A stretch of 64,000 nt of DNA from Amoebophrya sp. A120. Taxonomy: Eukaryota; Protista; Dinoflagellata. The first letter of the stretch is position 1. Each line of letters starts with the position of its first letter. The stretch spans positions 8,153,599 through 8,217,598 of the forward strand of contig CAJINV010000001.1 of the NCBI GenBank assembly GCA_905178155.1. The letters run 5' to 3'. The notes below the pieces were generated by a model. It was given only the letters and a program-made list of their open reading frames with translations. It ran no database searches and was not told the origin of the DNA. Shown piece after piece: positions 1-9,842 of this stretch. Made by a program: the position numbers and the translations under genes.

Positions 1-852
1 TCCGTGCGTCGCTGCAGCCTTTTTTCTATTCTTCTCATTGGCTTCGACCTTTTTCTCACCGCTTGTTTTGGCAATCACCACCGGCTTCTTGTGATTGATG
101 TCTTTTCCATCAGCATCAGTCTTTGCAGCATTTGCGGCGGTCTTAGCTGCCGGAGCTTTTTTCTTGACGGGGAGATGGACCTTCTCGCTTTTCGCGTCCT
201 TCTTGTTGACGCCAGTAGCTTCTGGTTTTTTCACGACTTTTGTTACAGGTTTGCTTTCCGGTGTCTCCTCCGCGTCAACGTCACCTTTCGCCGGACTGCT
301 TTTGTCAGCATCCTTTTCTGCGTCGTCTTTTCCGAATAGCCAGTCGGTGAAGGGGTTCTTTTTACCGTGATAATATCGCGCTTTGACGCGTACCAGGGAC
401 ACATCTTCATCGTCCTCTGTCACTTTCGGAATAGAGGCTTTACCTGTCTCGGAGTAGGAGATGAAAGCTGCTGCTGGCTGCGGTGGAGATGCAGATGCAG
501 CATCTTTCTGTTTTTTGTTAGAAGCGGCAGGCGTTGGTCCTCTTCTGTTTAGCTTTTGCTGCACTACTCCCCGGGTCTCTTGGCCACGTATGCGAAGTTC
601 GTCCAGATCGATGAAGTTTCTCGGGCGGAACACTTGTACAGTGTTAGGTTCGTACGGATTTTTCGGATTGTGCACCATGCCGCGCGGCATCGGCCATGGA
701 GCGCTTTCCCCGAGGCAACATCTCGCAAAAACGAGAGCGTGGACGAGGAAAGAGACGAGTGTCCTCCGCGCGTGCGTTCGCTGGTGCGCGAGGGTGACGT
801 CTAATTCACGGTTCCCGGAGAAGATGAAAGTCACCGACCTGGGGCGACGCAT
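1..852 (-). CDS. Hypothetical protein, N-terminal 284 codons (3' end outside window); K/E/A-rich low-complexity region, possible N-terminal hydrophobic segment
   Basis: Manual translation: ATG at 852 (in-frame TAG upstream at 886-888), frame open to base 1: MRRPRSVTFIFSG...TLVSFLVHALVFARCCLG...KNPFTDWLFGKDDAEKDADKSSPAK...; absent from the ORF track because no stop lies in the window. Confidence 0.65.
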   Translation of the reverse strand, partial: MRRPRSVTFIFSGNRELDVTLAHQRTHARRTLVSFLVHALVFARCCLGESAPWPMPRGMVHNPKNPYEPNTVQVFRPRNFIDLDELRIRGQETRGVVQQKLNRRGPTPAASNKKQKDAASASPPQPAAAFISYSETGKASIPKVTEDDEDVSLVRVKARYYHGKKNPFTDWLFGKDDAEKDADKSSPAKGDVDAEETPESKPVTKVVKKPEATGVNKKDAKSEKVHLPVKKKAPAAKTAANAAKTDADGKDINHKKPVVIAKTSGEKKVEANEKNRKKAAATHG

Positions 853-1507
853 CGTCGTTTCGGGCGGACCGACGACCCGCGCCGACTAGGGCTGCCCGCC
901 ACTCCTGCGCTGGGACCGTGGTGCTTTTGAATGGAGCCGTCTTTCTTCAGTCCACTACCATGACCGCCCCCGGTGCGCGGTGCTGTTCATCTTCTTTCAT
1001 CCGTTGGACATCAGATAATGAAACATCATTGCGCGGCTAGAGCGACAGCGAGAATGAAGATTTGATCAGACACAACGGGCGTGCGGTGAAACTCTCGAAG
1101 CGTGGTGTGTGATGAAACACAAATCGCCCCAAAACCCAACCTCATGCACACCCGCGGCGCTCCGTCAGTGGCCCTGGAGCAAGTGCAGCTTTGATTGACG
1201 GTTTGAAACTAAGAACACCGCTCTAGCTCCACTATGCAGCTGCTGTCATATTCCCAAGGAATTCGGGGCGCTCTTGACTTGCTCTAGTAGTTCACTCAAG
1301 CTCAACAGCATCTCTCGTCGCGCTCACTCAGTCGTATAACATTATTTTGTCGTCAGTCACCACCAGATAGATTCAGAATCAGAAGAACATCAACATTACA
1401 TTCTCATTGCATCTGCGACGACGAAAATGAATGAAGTAGCACATCCAGCAGCTTTTGCTTTTCAACCTGTAAACTCAGAGCGTGCTACTTCAACATTTGT
1501 TTACACC

Positions 1508-2590
1508 CTAAAGTTCCTCAATCGCCTCGAGCGTTCCTTCTAGTGGCAACGGTCCCTCTGCTGTTCTTTGAAACGACCCGCTCACGCTGGTTCCGTCTTC
1601 GCTAAACTGTAACGTGAACTTTTCGCTGGTCCACACCTGGACCCGGTCCGACTCGGCGTCCCCCGCTCGGATTTGCCACTCGGAGGCCCTCTGCTTCGTG
1701 TACGCTTCCAGATAAATCTCGTTCAAATCTTTAACGCGGGCCTCAATCTTAAATTGCTTGTCGTCCTCCACGGCTCGGAGATTCTTCCCCGTCAACGGGT
1801 AGGAGTAGCCCTTGAAAACTACGCAAAGTGGCTGCTTCGGCTGGCTGTCGCCCATGGGTTCCACGATGTCGATAAAAGTTGCGTTGTTCCACTGAATATC
1901 GACCTTGTAGGTCCGCTTCTTGCCGAGGGTTTCGAAGGAAAAGCACGGCTTCAAGGCAAGCAGCATTTCCAAATACAAAAACGCGTTGCCTCTTGCAGCT
2001 TCGTCGGTTATATTTTCCTTTTGTGCACCAGCCGCATCTGATGGCTCTGGCACTGGCTCATCTTCTGGTGCTTCCTCATCAGCGCCCGAAGCTGATGATA
2101 TAATCGGGCAGAGTACGAACGGCGACTTTGGTCCGAGAAACGCGGTCACGTCATCCTCCCCGATCTTGTAGACAGCCTCGATATTTCTCACTTCCACAGG
2201 CTCCGTTGGCACATTCCCCACGGCTTTCTCGTTCTTCTCGAACAATTGCGCAACTTCATCCCCTGAACAGCCGCTGAGACAGCGCTGCTCGCGCATTTCC
2301 TGCAGGGAAATGCGGTCAAGTTCCTCGGTGGGCACGGCGTCCGCATCGTGGTCATTCACAAGGTAAAGCAGCGTAAGAGGCGAGGGCAGATCATCGTTGT
2401 AAAGGTAGGTGGCGAGGGTTTTGAGCGCTGCCACCGCGATTTTCTCCGGAGGGGCGGACTCGTCGGCGAACTGCAGGCTCAGAATGTGAGAGATATCACC
2501 ACCCAAGTTCGTACACGCAACCACCAGGTCCGGAGCGCCCTCGCTGGTCTGGATCTGGACTTTGGGAGGCGGAGCACGCCGCATCGCCAT
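1508..2590 (-). CDS. Hypothetical acidic protein, 360 aa, single exon
   Basis: Long ATG-initiated ORF with protein-like composition; no family recognised. Confidence 0.7.
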   Translation of the reverse strand: MAMRRAPPPKVQIQTSEGAPDLVVACTNLGGDISHILSLQFADESAPPEKIAVAALKTLATYLYNDDLPSPLTLLYLVNDHDADAVPTEELDRISLQEMREQRCLSGCSGDEVAQLFEKNEKAVGNVPTEPVEVRNIEAVYKIGEDDVTAFLGPKSPFVLCPIISSASGADEEAPEDEPVPEPSDAAGAQKENITDEAARGNAFLYLEMLLALKPCFSFETLGKKRTYKVDIQWNNATFIDIVEPMGDSQPKQPLCVVFKGYSYPLTGKNLRAVEDDKQFKIEARVKDLNEIYLEAYTKQRASEWQIRAGDAESDRVQVWTSEKFTLQFSEDGTSVSGSFQRTAEGPLPLEGTLEAIEEL

Positions 2591-3161
2591 TGTTTGTTAT
2601 AGCAACTTTGGGGAATAAACTATCATGCTGGTGTAACTGGAACACTAAACGCCAATGGGGGGGAGCGCCGCACGTCGTTCCTGTCTACGATTGCTACGCT
2701 TGTTCGGAGGGATGTAGTACTTGACACGGATCAAGCTGTGGAAGTCGAATCTCTCCTTGTTGAGTAAACCACGTGAAAAGGTATAGCTTCAAAATTTGTT
2801 TCAAAACTAGAACAATTCAGATCGTAGCACTGCGACATGCCCGAACCTGTTCAGCTGCACGCAGCAATGCATCGTGGCGTTGTGTTCCTAGTAACATGTA
2901 TTCTTCGACGCACTGGTAGCTCGTGCGCCGGTCGAGCAAGCACATTATTTACCCTTGAAATTAATATTGCTCGAGCTGGTGCAGCTAGATCACATTCAGA
3001 TCTTGATCTATCTTGATGATGATTTATCATGATTTCAGTATCAGTAGCAGCATGTGCTCAGCGACCCGGAATCCTGGTCGAAGAAGTGCAATGGTCGGAT
3101 TTCAAGAGTCGACGAAGAAGTGCAACGGGCATCATCAACACAAAGCGAACAATTTCTATCC

Positions 3162-4375
3162 TCACCCGCGCAACGGCGGGGGCGGTGGGTTGGCCGCGCG
3201 GAGCAGTGGTGTCTCGCTTGCTTGCACGATTTGCAGAGCCTCGCCGAGGTATTGGAAGCCATTCATCGCAATAGTTGCGTCGGTCGCGGAATTCACGTTT
3301 CGGTAGCTGAGGTCGCAGGCACCGTCACCACGAAGCGTCGTAGATTCGATGTCGCCGAAAGGTTGAAACAGTTTGTACATCTGTATATTTGATAGCATTC
3401 AGCATATCGACGATGCCGCGCGACCGAGGTAAATAGTCGTATTAAAAGTTATGCCCAATGCATTGGTCATGAAGATGAAGATACATCATCATCTTCTACT
3501 TGTAATGCGTCGAATTTAACCGTCGAAAAAACAAGTACATCAGACGTCGTCGCTCGCACGTGAACATTGGTGATCCGAATTTTGCGGCTGTGCCGTGGGT
3601 GCTCGTTTTGTTTCGTGGTGGGAAATTCCTGCATCACCTGCCTCCGCGGCTTGTTCTGCAATTCTTCCCGTACCTCCAGACTCGGGCGCACTCGGACTGG
3701 GACGCCTAAGATCTCGGGGTTGGCCAGACCTAGATATTTTTGGAAATGCAGTTGCAGATCCGGTACAATGATAAGTAAGTCAGGCAGCCCTTAGAGCAAC
3801 AGCATTTTCACTTTCCGCCATTGCATCCCGCACAGGTCGAGATTGAAAACATCAGAGAAAAAAACCTGCATTCATACTATTGCACGACTCATACCAGAGA
3901 CAGCCTTGTTCATCGCGCGCATCTCTTCGAATTGCACACAGACGAGACTGTTGTTTCCCGGCACGAATTTGACGTCGATCACCTTCCCGCACTTCTGCTC
4001 GAAGTAGTTCTTTACGTCGTCGTACGTTGCCACGCGCGGAACGCCGTGCACCACCACCGTCACCTCGAACCTGGCGTGCACTTGCGCTTGCTGTGCGGCC
4101 GTAGCGGCCGCCTGGGCGGCGGACGACGAGGAGGGTCCGGCACTGGACGGGCCGTAGCTGCCAGTGGCGCCGCCCTGCTGGAGGTTCGGGGCTAGGGGCG
4201 GTGCCGTCGCACGGGCGGAAGTGTAGGGCCCGTGCACCATGTGGCTGCTGCTGCTGCTCGTGTGTTGTTGAACCTTGCGTCTCTTCTGGTTGTGCCCGAC
4301 CTTCTTCGTCCCACCTTCAAACATGATCTTCTCGAGATCGAGAAACGAAATATCACCGCCGTTCAGAAACTTCAT
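3162..4375 (-). CDS. RNA-binding protein with two RRM domains (3 exons: 4375-3895, 3729-3539, 3380-3162)
   Basis: RRM1 'VTVVVHGVPRVATYDDVKNYFEQKCGKVIDVKF...VCVQFEE'; RRM2 'KIRITNVHVRATTSD|MYKLFQPFGDIES...SYRNVNSATDATIAMNG'; GT-AG introns 3730-3894 and 3381-3538 join the three ORFs in frame. Confidence 0.8.
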
Positions 4376-5379
4376 ATTGGGGTCGGCAAGGGCAACGAAA
4401 ACGAAAAAAAATGCAAAGAAGAGAATCTGGCTTAAAGCTTTTTGATTGTTACTGCAAAGGCAAAGCAACAAACAGCTACTAAACGGCAGCTGTCGCTCTG
4501 TATTTTAATATGAATATGTCCAAATCTTCTGTGTATTAGATTAATTCAACTTCTTCCTTCAAAAAATTCTGGTGGCGTGCTGCTGAGGTTGATTTTGACA
4601 CAGAAAAAACAGAAGGCTTGCAGCATGCCATGGATCCGTGGCGTAGTTGGCCGGCGACCTTTCTAAAGTGTCTGCTTGAGGCATAGTAGTAAGGTTAGAC
4701 AAAAACTATAGAGCACGAAACGAGAGAAAAAAGATGATCTTGTGCATTGACGCCGCAGAGGACAAACATTCTCGCGTGATGAACATAAATCCTGGATCTC
4801 CTGGATCTTTTCTCTTCTTCGCTGACAACTGACCGCTGTGGGGAGGTAGAACCCGGACAACTGAAAATCACAAAAGACGAAGGAATCGTGTCCATTAGGA
4901 AATCCAAACGGCTGCTCCCGTAAGAACGTACCGGATAGGAAAAGGACAAATGAAATTTTTTTCTTGCGAAACAAAGGGCGCATCTACACATTGATGGCGT
5001 TGAAACAAGTATCCCAAGAGCTCTAGTAGTTCTAAAACAGGTACGAGCAGCAACATCATTTCTGGTTGTTCACAGTTTCAGGAAACCATCACCGTCCCGC
5101 GTCTGTCCGGCATGTGATCGAAAGTAAGGCGCCGCAACAAAAAGGAAAAGCGAAGTTCTCGTTCTCTAAGTCGTTTTTAGAAAAAGTCATCCCACGACGT
5201 CCACTGCTCAAGGCAGAGTACGGAAATCATTTTTTTCTGTCTCGCTCTCGAGCAGCCGTAACGCAAACTACAACTAGTAAAATAAAAAATTCAATGTCGA
5301 CATCGATCGAAGCAAGAAGAGATCCGCATTCAAAGGTAGAAACATACTGAGGAAGCAATGCACTTCCAGTTTTACTCAC

Positions 5380-8300
5380 CGTCGTGGCGCGCACAAACCG
5401 TATTTCGCTTCCGAGGAGGTTTGCGCAAAAATGTCTTGGTAAATGAAATCCCACAGGAAGTCCATCCAACCGACATAAACGCTCCACTTTCCGTCCCAAC
5501 AAGCCTCGATATTGTGGTGGTTCCGATGGTGCGGTCCGGAGAGAAAGATATTGTAGTCCTGATATTTTTTTTCGATTTCGATTTCGATTTCAGTGGTATC
5601 ACCGATTGGGCATCAATTGGAATTGCAACAGCTGAAACGGGAGTGGCATTACTAATGCCAAAGAACCACACAGGTTTTGCTTTTGCATCCAAATGAAAAT
5701 GAATCCGTTGCTATACCTGCATGACTTTCCACCACTCCGGCACATAGAGGTCGTGGGTGCGTCGGTGCGCAAAGTGGTGCGTGAGTGTACTTACATTACA
5801 CTGCACCATCGCGAAAAGGAAGAAGACACAGAGGAACCCGCGTTGCTTGTAATTTTTCTGCAGCTGCTTGTGCTTTGCCGTCTTCGTGCTTGTTGTAGCC
5901 TTCTTTTGCTGCGCGATCGAATTCGTCGTCTCCTCTACTTCCGTGCGCTGTTCTTTGCCCGCCGCCGTTAGCAGCCACCAGTAGGACAGCTCGAAGAGCA
6001 CAGCCAGGACCCACAGTGGCGGGTTGGTGTACGCCAGGAGCTCGTAATTCGTGAACTCATTGAAGATCTGCACGTCGACGTGATGGTCCTCGGTGAAAGT
6101 GCGGCGGCCGCCGTTGAGAAACGTGCCCATGTTTTGATCCAAGGCACAGTGCCAGATGGCACTGAAGAAATCGAAGAACAGGTAGGATGCAAGCAGGACC
6201 GCGAGGAGCTCGAGGGTGAAGCGCAGCTTTTTGCTTATCTTGAAAAACAGTATCGGCGCAGCTGCTGGAGCCTTTATTTGTGTTTTCTCCCTTTTGCTCG
6301 CTTTATTACGCTGCTTCTCGGCCGCAGCCGCAGGTGTACCCCCGGAACCAAATGACAAGGGGTCAATTGGTACTGGTAGCAGGCTACTTTCATGTGTTGG
6401 ATGGGGCTGCTCGTTCAAAGTTACAGAGCAACTTGTATCCACATGGCGCCGCCGCCTGAGCTCAAGAGAAGGCTCCACAGATGAGGAGGATCGTACAAGC
6501 CCAAGTTCTGTGGCACAAGAGTCATGCGTTCTGGGAGATGCCTTCATTTCCGCTTCGCTTTTGCGAGATGAATTCGTCTGCTCGCCCGAAGACTTATCTC
6601 GCAGCGGTCCTTTTTCTTGTGAGCTCTTTTCACACCTGGACGCACTGCTTGTCCTCTCGCTCTTGTGCTTCTTCTCGAGGGCCTTCGAAATGTACCAAAT
6701 GCAAAGTCCCAAGAGGATGCAGTAATCCGTAATCCAGAGAAGACCCGTTATCACGCTGCAACACCAGAAGTCGTGCTATTGAGAGGAAAGATCCCCCCTC
6801 CCCATATTGAAAAGGTACGTTTCCGAATATTTGCGTTGCTGATTTGTGACCACAAATCAGGTTTGTCTTGCAAGAAGACAAGTGCAGAGGCATCCGCCCA
6901 ATTGTGAAGCGATTTGGCATGCTGTTGGTCCTAGAGGGTAGCCGTTTGCAATGCTGAACAACTAGACCTGAGCGCTCCCACCCAGGCTGCGGATCTGGCA
7001 GGAGTGCTGTACTGCAAGACAAATCGGATTTGTGTACACAAATCAGCATCAGAAATTTCCATTTTGATTTTTGATATGGGGAGGGGGGATTTTTCATTTT
7101 GATACGTGCCAGAAAATCACTTCTCGACTCGAGTCGGTGCGCGCCAGCCCGCCGTTCTATCAAATGTAAAAATGTCTGGGTCTGGAAGATTCTGACACTT
7201 GTCACGCACGTTTTGCATGAGCCATGATGTCTGTGATGCATACCCTAGCAATACGGATTTTTTAAGGTCTTGTTGATGCGTATTCCGCATGACAAATTCC
7301 CTCTCCGCGTAGCCAAAATTGCATTCCCTTTGTTGGTCATGCAATACAGATTTTTTCATGACTTGCAAAAGCCCCCCCCTTTTCGCCGGAAAATTTCTCC
7401 GGACGCCTTCGTGAAACAGAATTCGCGCCAAGTCGATCAGTTTGGCGCGCTAGCGTAAGTTAGTAGCTCTTTGTTTTGAAGCTTCGCAAACCTCTGCAGC
7501 AGCACGAAGATCGACGGCACAAAACAAATCCCCCTAGGGGGGCAATCAAAGCCGGCTGACTTTGCGAGCGCGCTGACAACAAAAGCGAAAGCGCGCTGGC
7601 TTTGCACTTCGGGCTCGCCCAGAGGTCCCCTCAGGAAGGGAGTAAAAAGTCCGCTCCTTTTCGCTCCGTTTTACGAATAGGCTGGAGAAGTGGGGGAGTG
7701 AAATTCCATGAACTTTTCGCACGCAGCGAGCTTTCGCGCTGCCTCCTGAAGACATTCAAAAAACCAAGTGAAAGCTCACTGGCTTTTTCACTCGGAGTGA
7801 GAAGTCGCCTACACATCCCGAAAGGCTTAGAGAAAAGAAGTGAGAAATCAGTGATTTCTCACTCTCGCGAAATCTTGACGGCTGGAAACCTTTTTGGAGT
7901 CCGACTCCAGAGTGAGAATTTTTCAAAAGTGAGAAATCAGTGATTTCTCACTACTTTTCTCGAAGGTACCCGGGCCCCGAAGAAATTTGGCGCTCGGGTA
8001 CCTTCGAGAAAAGTAGTGAGAAATCACTGATTTCTCACTTTTGAAAAATTCTCACTCTGGGAAGAGTCAACGCGACTCCGACCAGAGTGAGAGTCTTGCA
8101 AAGTGAGAAGTCACATTTTTCCCACTCCGTTTCTCGGATTGTTCGAGAAGCCGAGTGAGAAATCAGTGATTTCTCACTTTTCCCAAATGAAAACTTTTCA
8201 GAAGTCAGCGGAGCGACTTCTCGCTTTTCAACATGAAAACTTTTCAGAAGTGACAAATCACTGATTTCTCACTTTTCCAGAAAGAAAATGCTTCAGAAAC

Positions 8301-8953
8301 GAGAAGTCGCTGACTTTTCACTCCTTTTCTAGAAGACCAGTGGAAACACAGTGAGAAGTCCGTAGCTTCTCACTTTTCAACGATGAAAATTTGTCGGAAG
8401 TCAGAAAGCACGGGCCTCGCGCCCTGTTGTTGGACGGAATGTTGGCGGGTTGTTTCTCAAAAAGAAACTGCCCCAGACGGAAGGCGGGCCCCTTGTGGCC
8501 CACGCGTCCACGCGCGGCCCGTTTGCGAAATTCTCGCACTGCCACCCCTCGAAAGCCTTCAGGGAGGTTTTCCGGTTATCAATTCTATCAGAGGGTTGCA
8601 AGTCATGGATTTTTTTAGAATCCAAATGCAGCATCACAAGTTCGGATTCTTCCAGACCCAGACATTTTTACATTTGATACGTTCCACTCCTGGTAGATTG
8701 CGAGCCACAGCAAGTGTCGCGCTGTGAGCCAGGTGCGGACAGACTCGTCCTGATAGTGATGGTACTGTTGTGAAGAGCGGGTGCGGGGGCATGAAGATGC
8801 TGAGTCTGTGGACAACTTTTCGCCACTGTGCAAACAAGTGCGTTCGTGTTCGTAACCGCACAGGAGAATTCTCGCGAGTCGCCGGAGCCGCAACGTGATG
8901 CGACTTGTGGAGAGCGCAGATCCAGAGAGCTCACAGAGCTCCATTTTGTTCAT
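5380..8953 (-). CDS. TMEM189/PEDS1/CarF/FAD4-family lipid desaturase (exons ~8953-8681, 7156-7106, 6775-5717, 5558-5380; last exon(s) below 5380 unresolved)
   Basis: His boxes in family order: DFFSAIWHCALD, FTEDHHVD, THHFAH, VPEWWKVMQ, and after GT-AG intron 5559-5716 FLSGPHHRNHH...VYVGWMD; transmembrane segments; upstream exons join in frame once two introners are removed. Confidence 0.75.
6777..7104. mobile_element. Introner/MITE family A copy 1 (predicted intron 6776-7105, GT-AG on minus)
   Basis: Imperfect TIR TATTGAGAGGAAAGATCCCCCCTCCCCATATTG / TATCAAAATGAAAAATCCCCCCTCCCCATATCA; inner inverted repeat GCTGATTTGTG..CACAAATC.G.TTTGTCTTGCA; 5-bp TSD cgtgc at 6772-6776 and 7105-7109; homologous to 32563-33731. 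Confidence 0.9.
7767..8375. repeat. Dispersed palindromic 25-mer AGTGAGAAATCA(G/C)TGATTTCTCACT
   Basis: Near-perfect copies at about 7839, 7928, 8015, 8154, 8249; degenerate copies at about 7767, 8101, 8300, 8350. Confidence 0.85.
7907..8060. repeat. Perfect 66-bp inverted repeat with 22-nt loop
   Basis: 7907-7972 is the exact reverse complement of 7995-8060. Confidence 0.95.
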
Positions 8954-9842
8954 TTTCTGTGTTGGTCTACGCTGCTATACCTCAAACTAAGACAGACACA
9001 GGAAAGCCTTGGTCAACTAACGAGCACTCATATACCAATAACATCGATCGACACAGAAAGACCAGCACTGTCTCATGACTCGAAACCATCGCCATCTTTT
9101 CGACGAATCAAAATCAATCGCAATCGAGAAACACAGCGACAACGACGCTTACGATGCAACGACACTAGGACTAGCCGCATAGGATTACGACTTGAAGCGA
9201 GTACTTATATTGCACGACCACTACGATCAATATCAGAAAAATGTCCGACTGAACCTTCAATGCGGACGAGAAGGAAGCTCGCCAGCTGGCTCGTCATGGG
9301 ACAAGAAAGAGAGTCAGAGAGGCAAGAGCATCGTCGTCTTGATCTTTTTCGGAATGGGGATGCCTGTTCATCTCACCACGTCAAATACATGATAACGTCG
9401 CACGATGAACCGACAATGCAGCGCTGCCGCTGGGTTCACAAATTAATCACACACGACACACTAACTCCATCGCATTGGCACCTGCAGTGCGCGCGGCTCT
9501 CTCATCTGGTTGACATGGACCGTCGTATGGGCGCCTGGCGGAAAGCCATGCGTCTTACGTGCCGAGGCAACACCCGAGTGCATGTTGTGTGTGGAAAGCA
9601 TGGAAAGCCAGAGACCATCTATCTTGCAATGAAAAATCAATATGAAGTGACGCGACACTGCGGCAACACGTCTGCCCTTGTTCGACTGTGCAACTCACGA
9701 TAGGGAATTGACTTTCATTGTGACTTTTTCACGCGATTTTTCTACTCAGATTTCGTGCCTTCTCTTTCGGAACCTGGTCCCAGGACATTGTCATCAGTCT
9801 CCTGCAGCTACTCAGTTTAGCGATTGCGGCCAGCGGCGCGCC

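Larger units (their letters stand above)
7357..8607. mobile_element. Non-autonomous hAT-like DNA transposon nested in introner B1
   Basis: 12-bp TIR CATGACTTGCAA / TTGCAAGTCATG; 8-bp TSD GATTTTTT (7349-7356, 8608-8615); the empty site is visible in the paralogous introner near 54616; no transposase ORF. hAT assignment rests on the 8-bp TSD and short TIR. Confidence 0.85.
7158..8679. mobile_element. Introner/MITE family B copy 1 carrying a nested element (predicted intron 7157-8680, GT-AG on minus)
   Basis: Perfect 32-bp TIR TATCAAATGTAAAAATGTCTGGGTCTGGAAGA; TSD cgttc at 7153-7157 and 8680-8684; 7158-7356 plus 8616-8679 align with the intact copy at 54425-54686. Confidence 0.92.

Noticed and set aside
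3374-3541. GATGTAC direct repeat at both ends of RRM intron 2 as a possible introner TSD
   Set aside because: No TIR and the register does not fit the TAT/ATA plus 5-bp rule; ordinary GT-AG intron
7305-7322. CGTAGCCAAAAT resembling part of the dinoflagellate spliced leader
   Set aside because: Only an 8-9 nt match, not conserved in the sister copy near 54575, and not at a gene 5' end
7767-8375. Palindromic ~25-bp repeats with spacers resembling a CRISPR array
   Set aside because: Spacing is irregular, copies degenerate outward and mirror around a hairpin, they lie inside a TIR/TSD-bounded element in a eukaryotic intron, and there are no cas genes
8828-9703. 291-aa plus-strand ORF
   Set aside because: Non-ATG start, no motifs, overlaps the first exon and upstream region of the desaturase on the opposite strand
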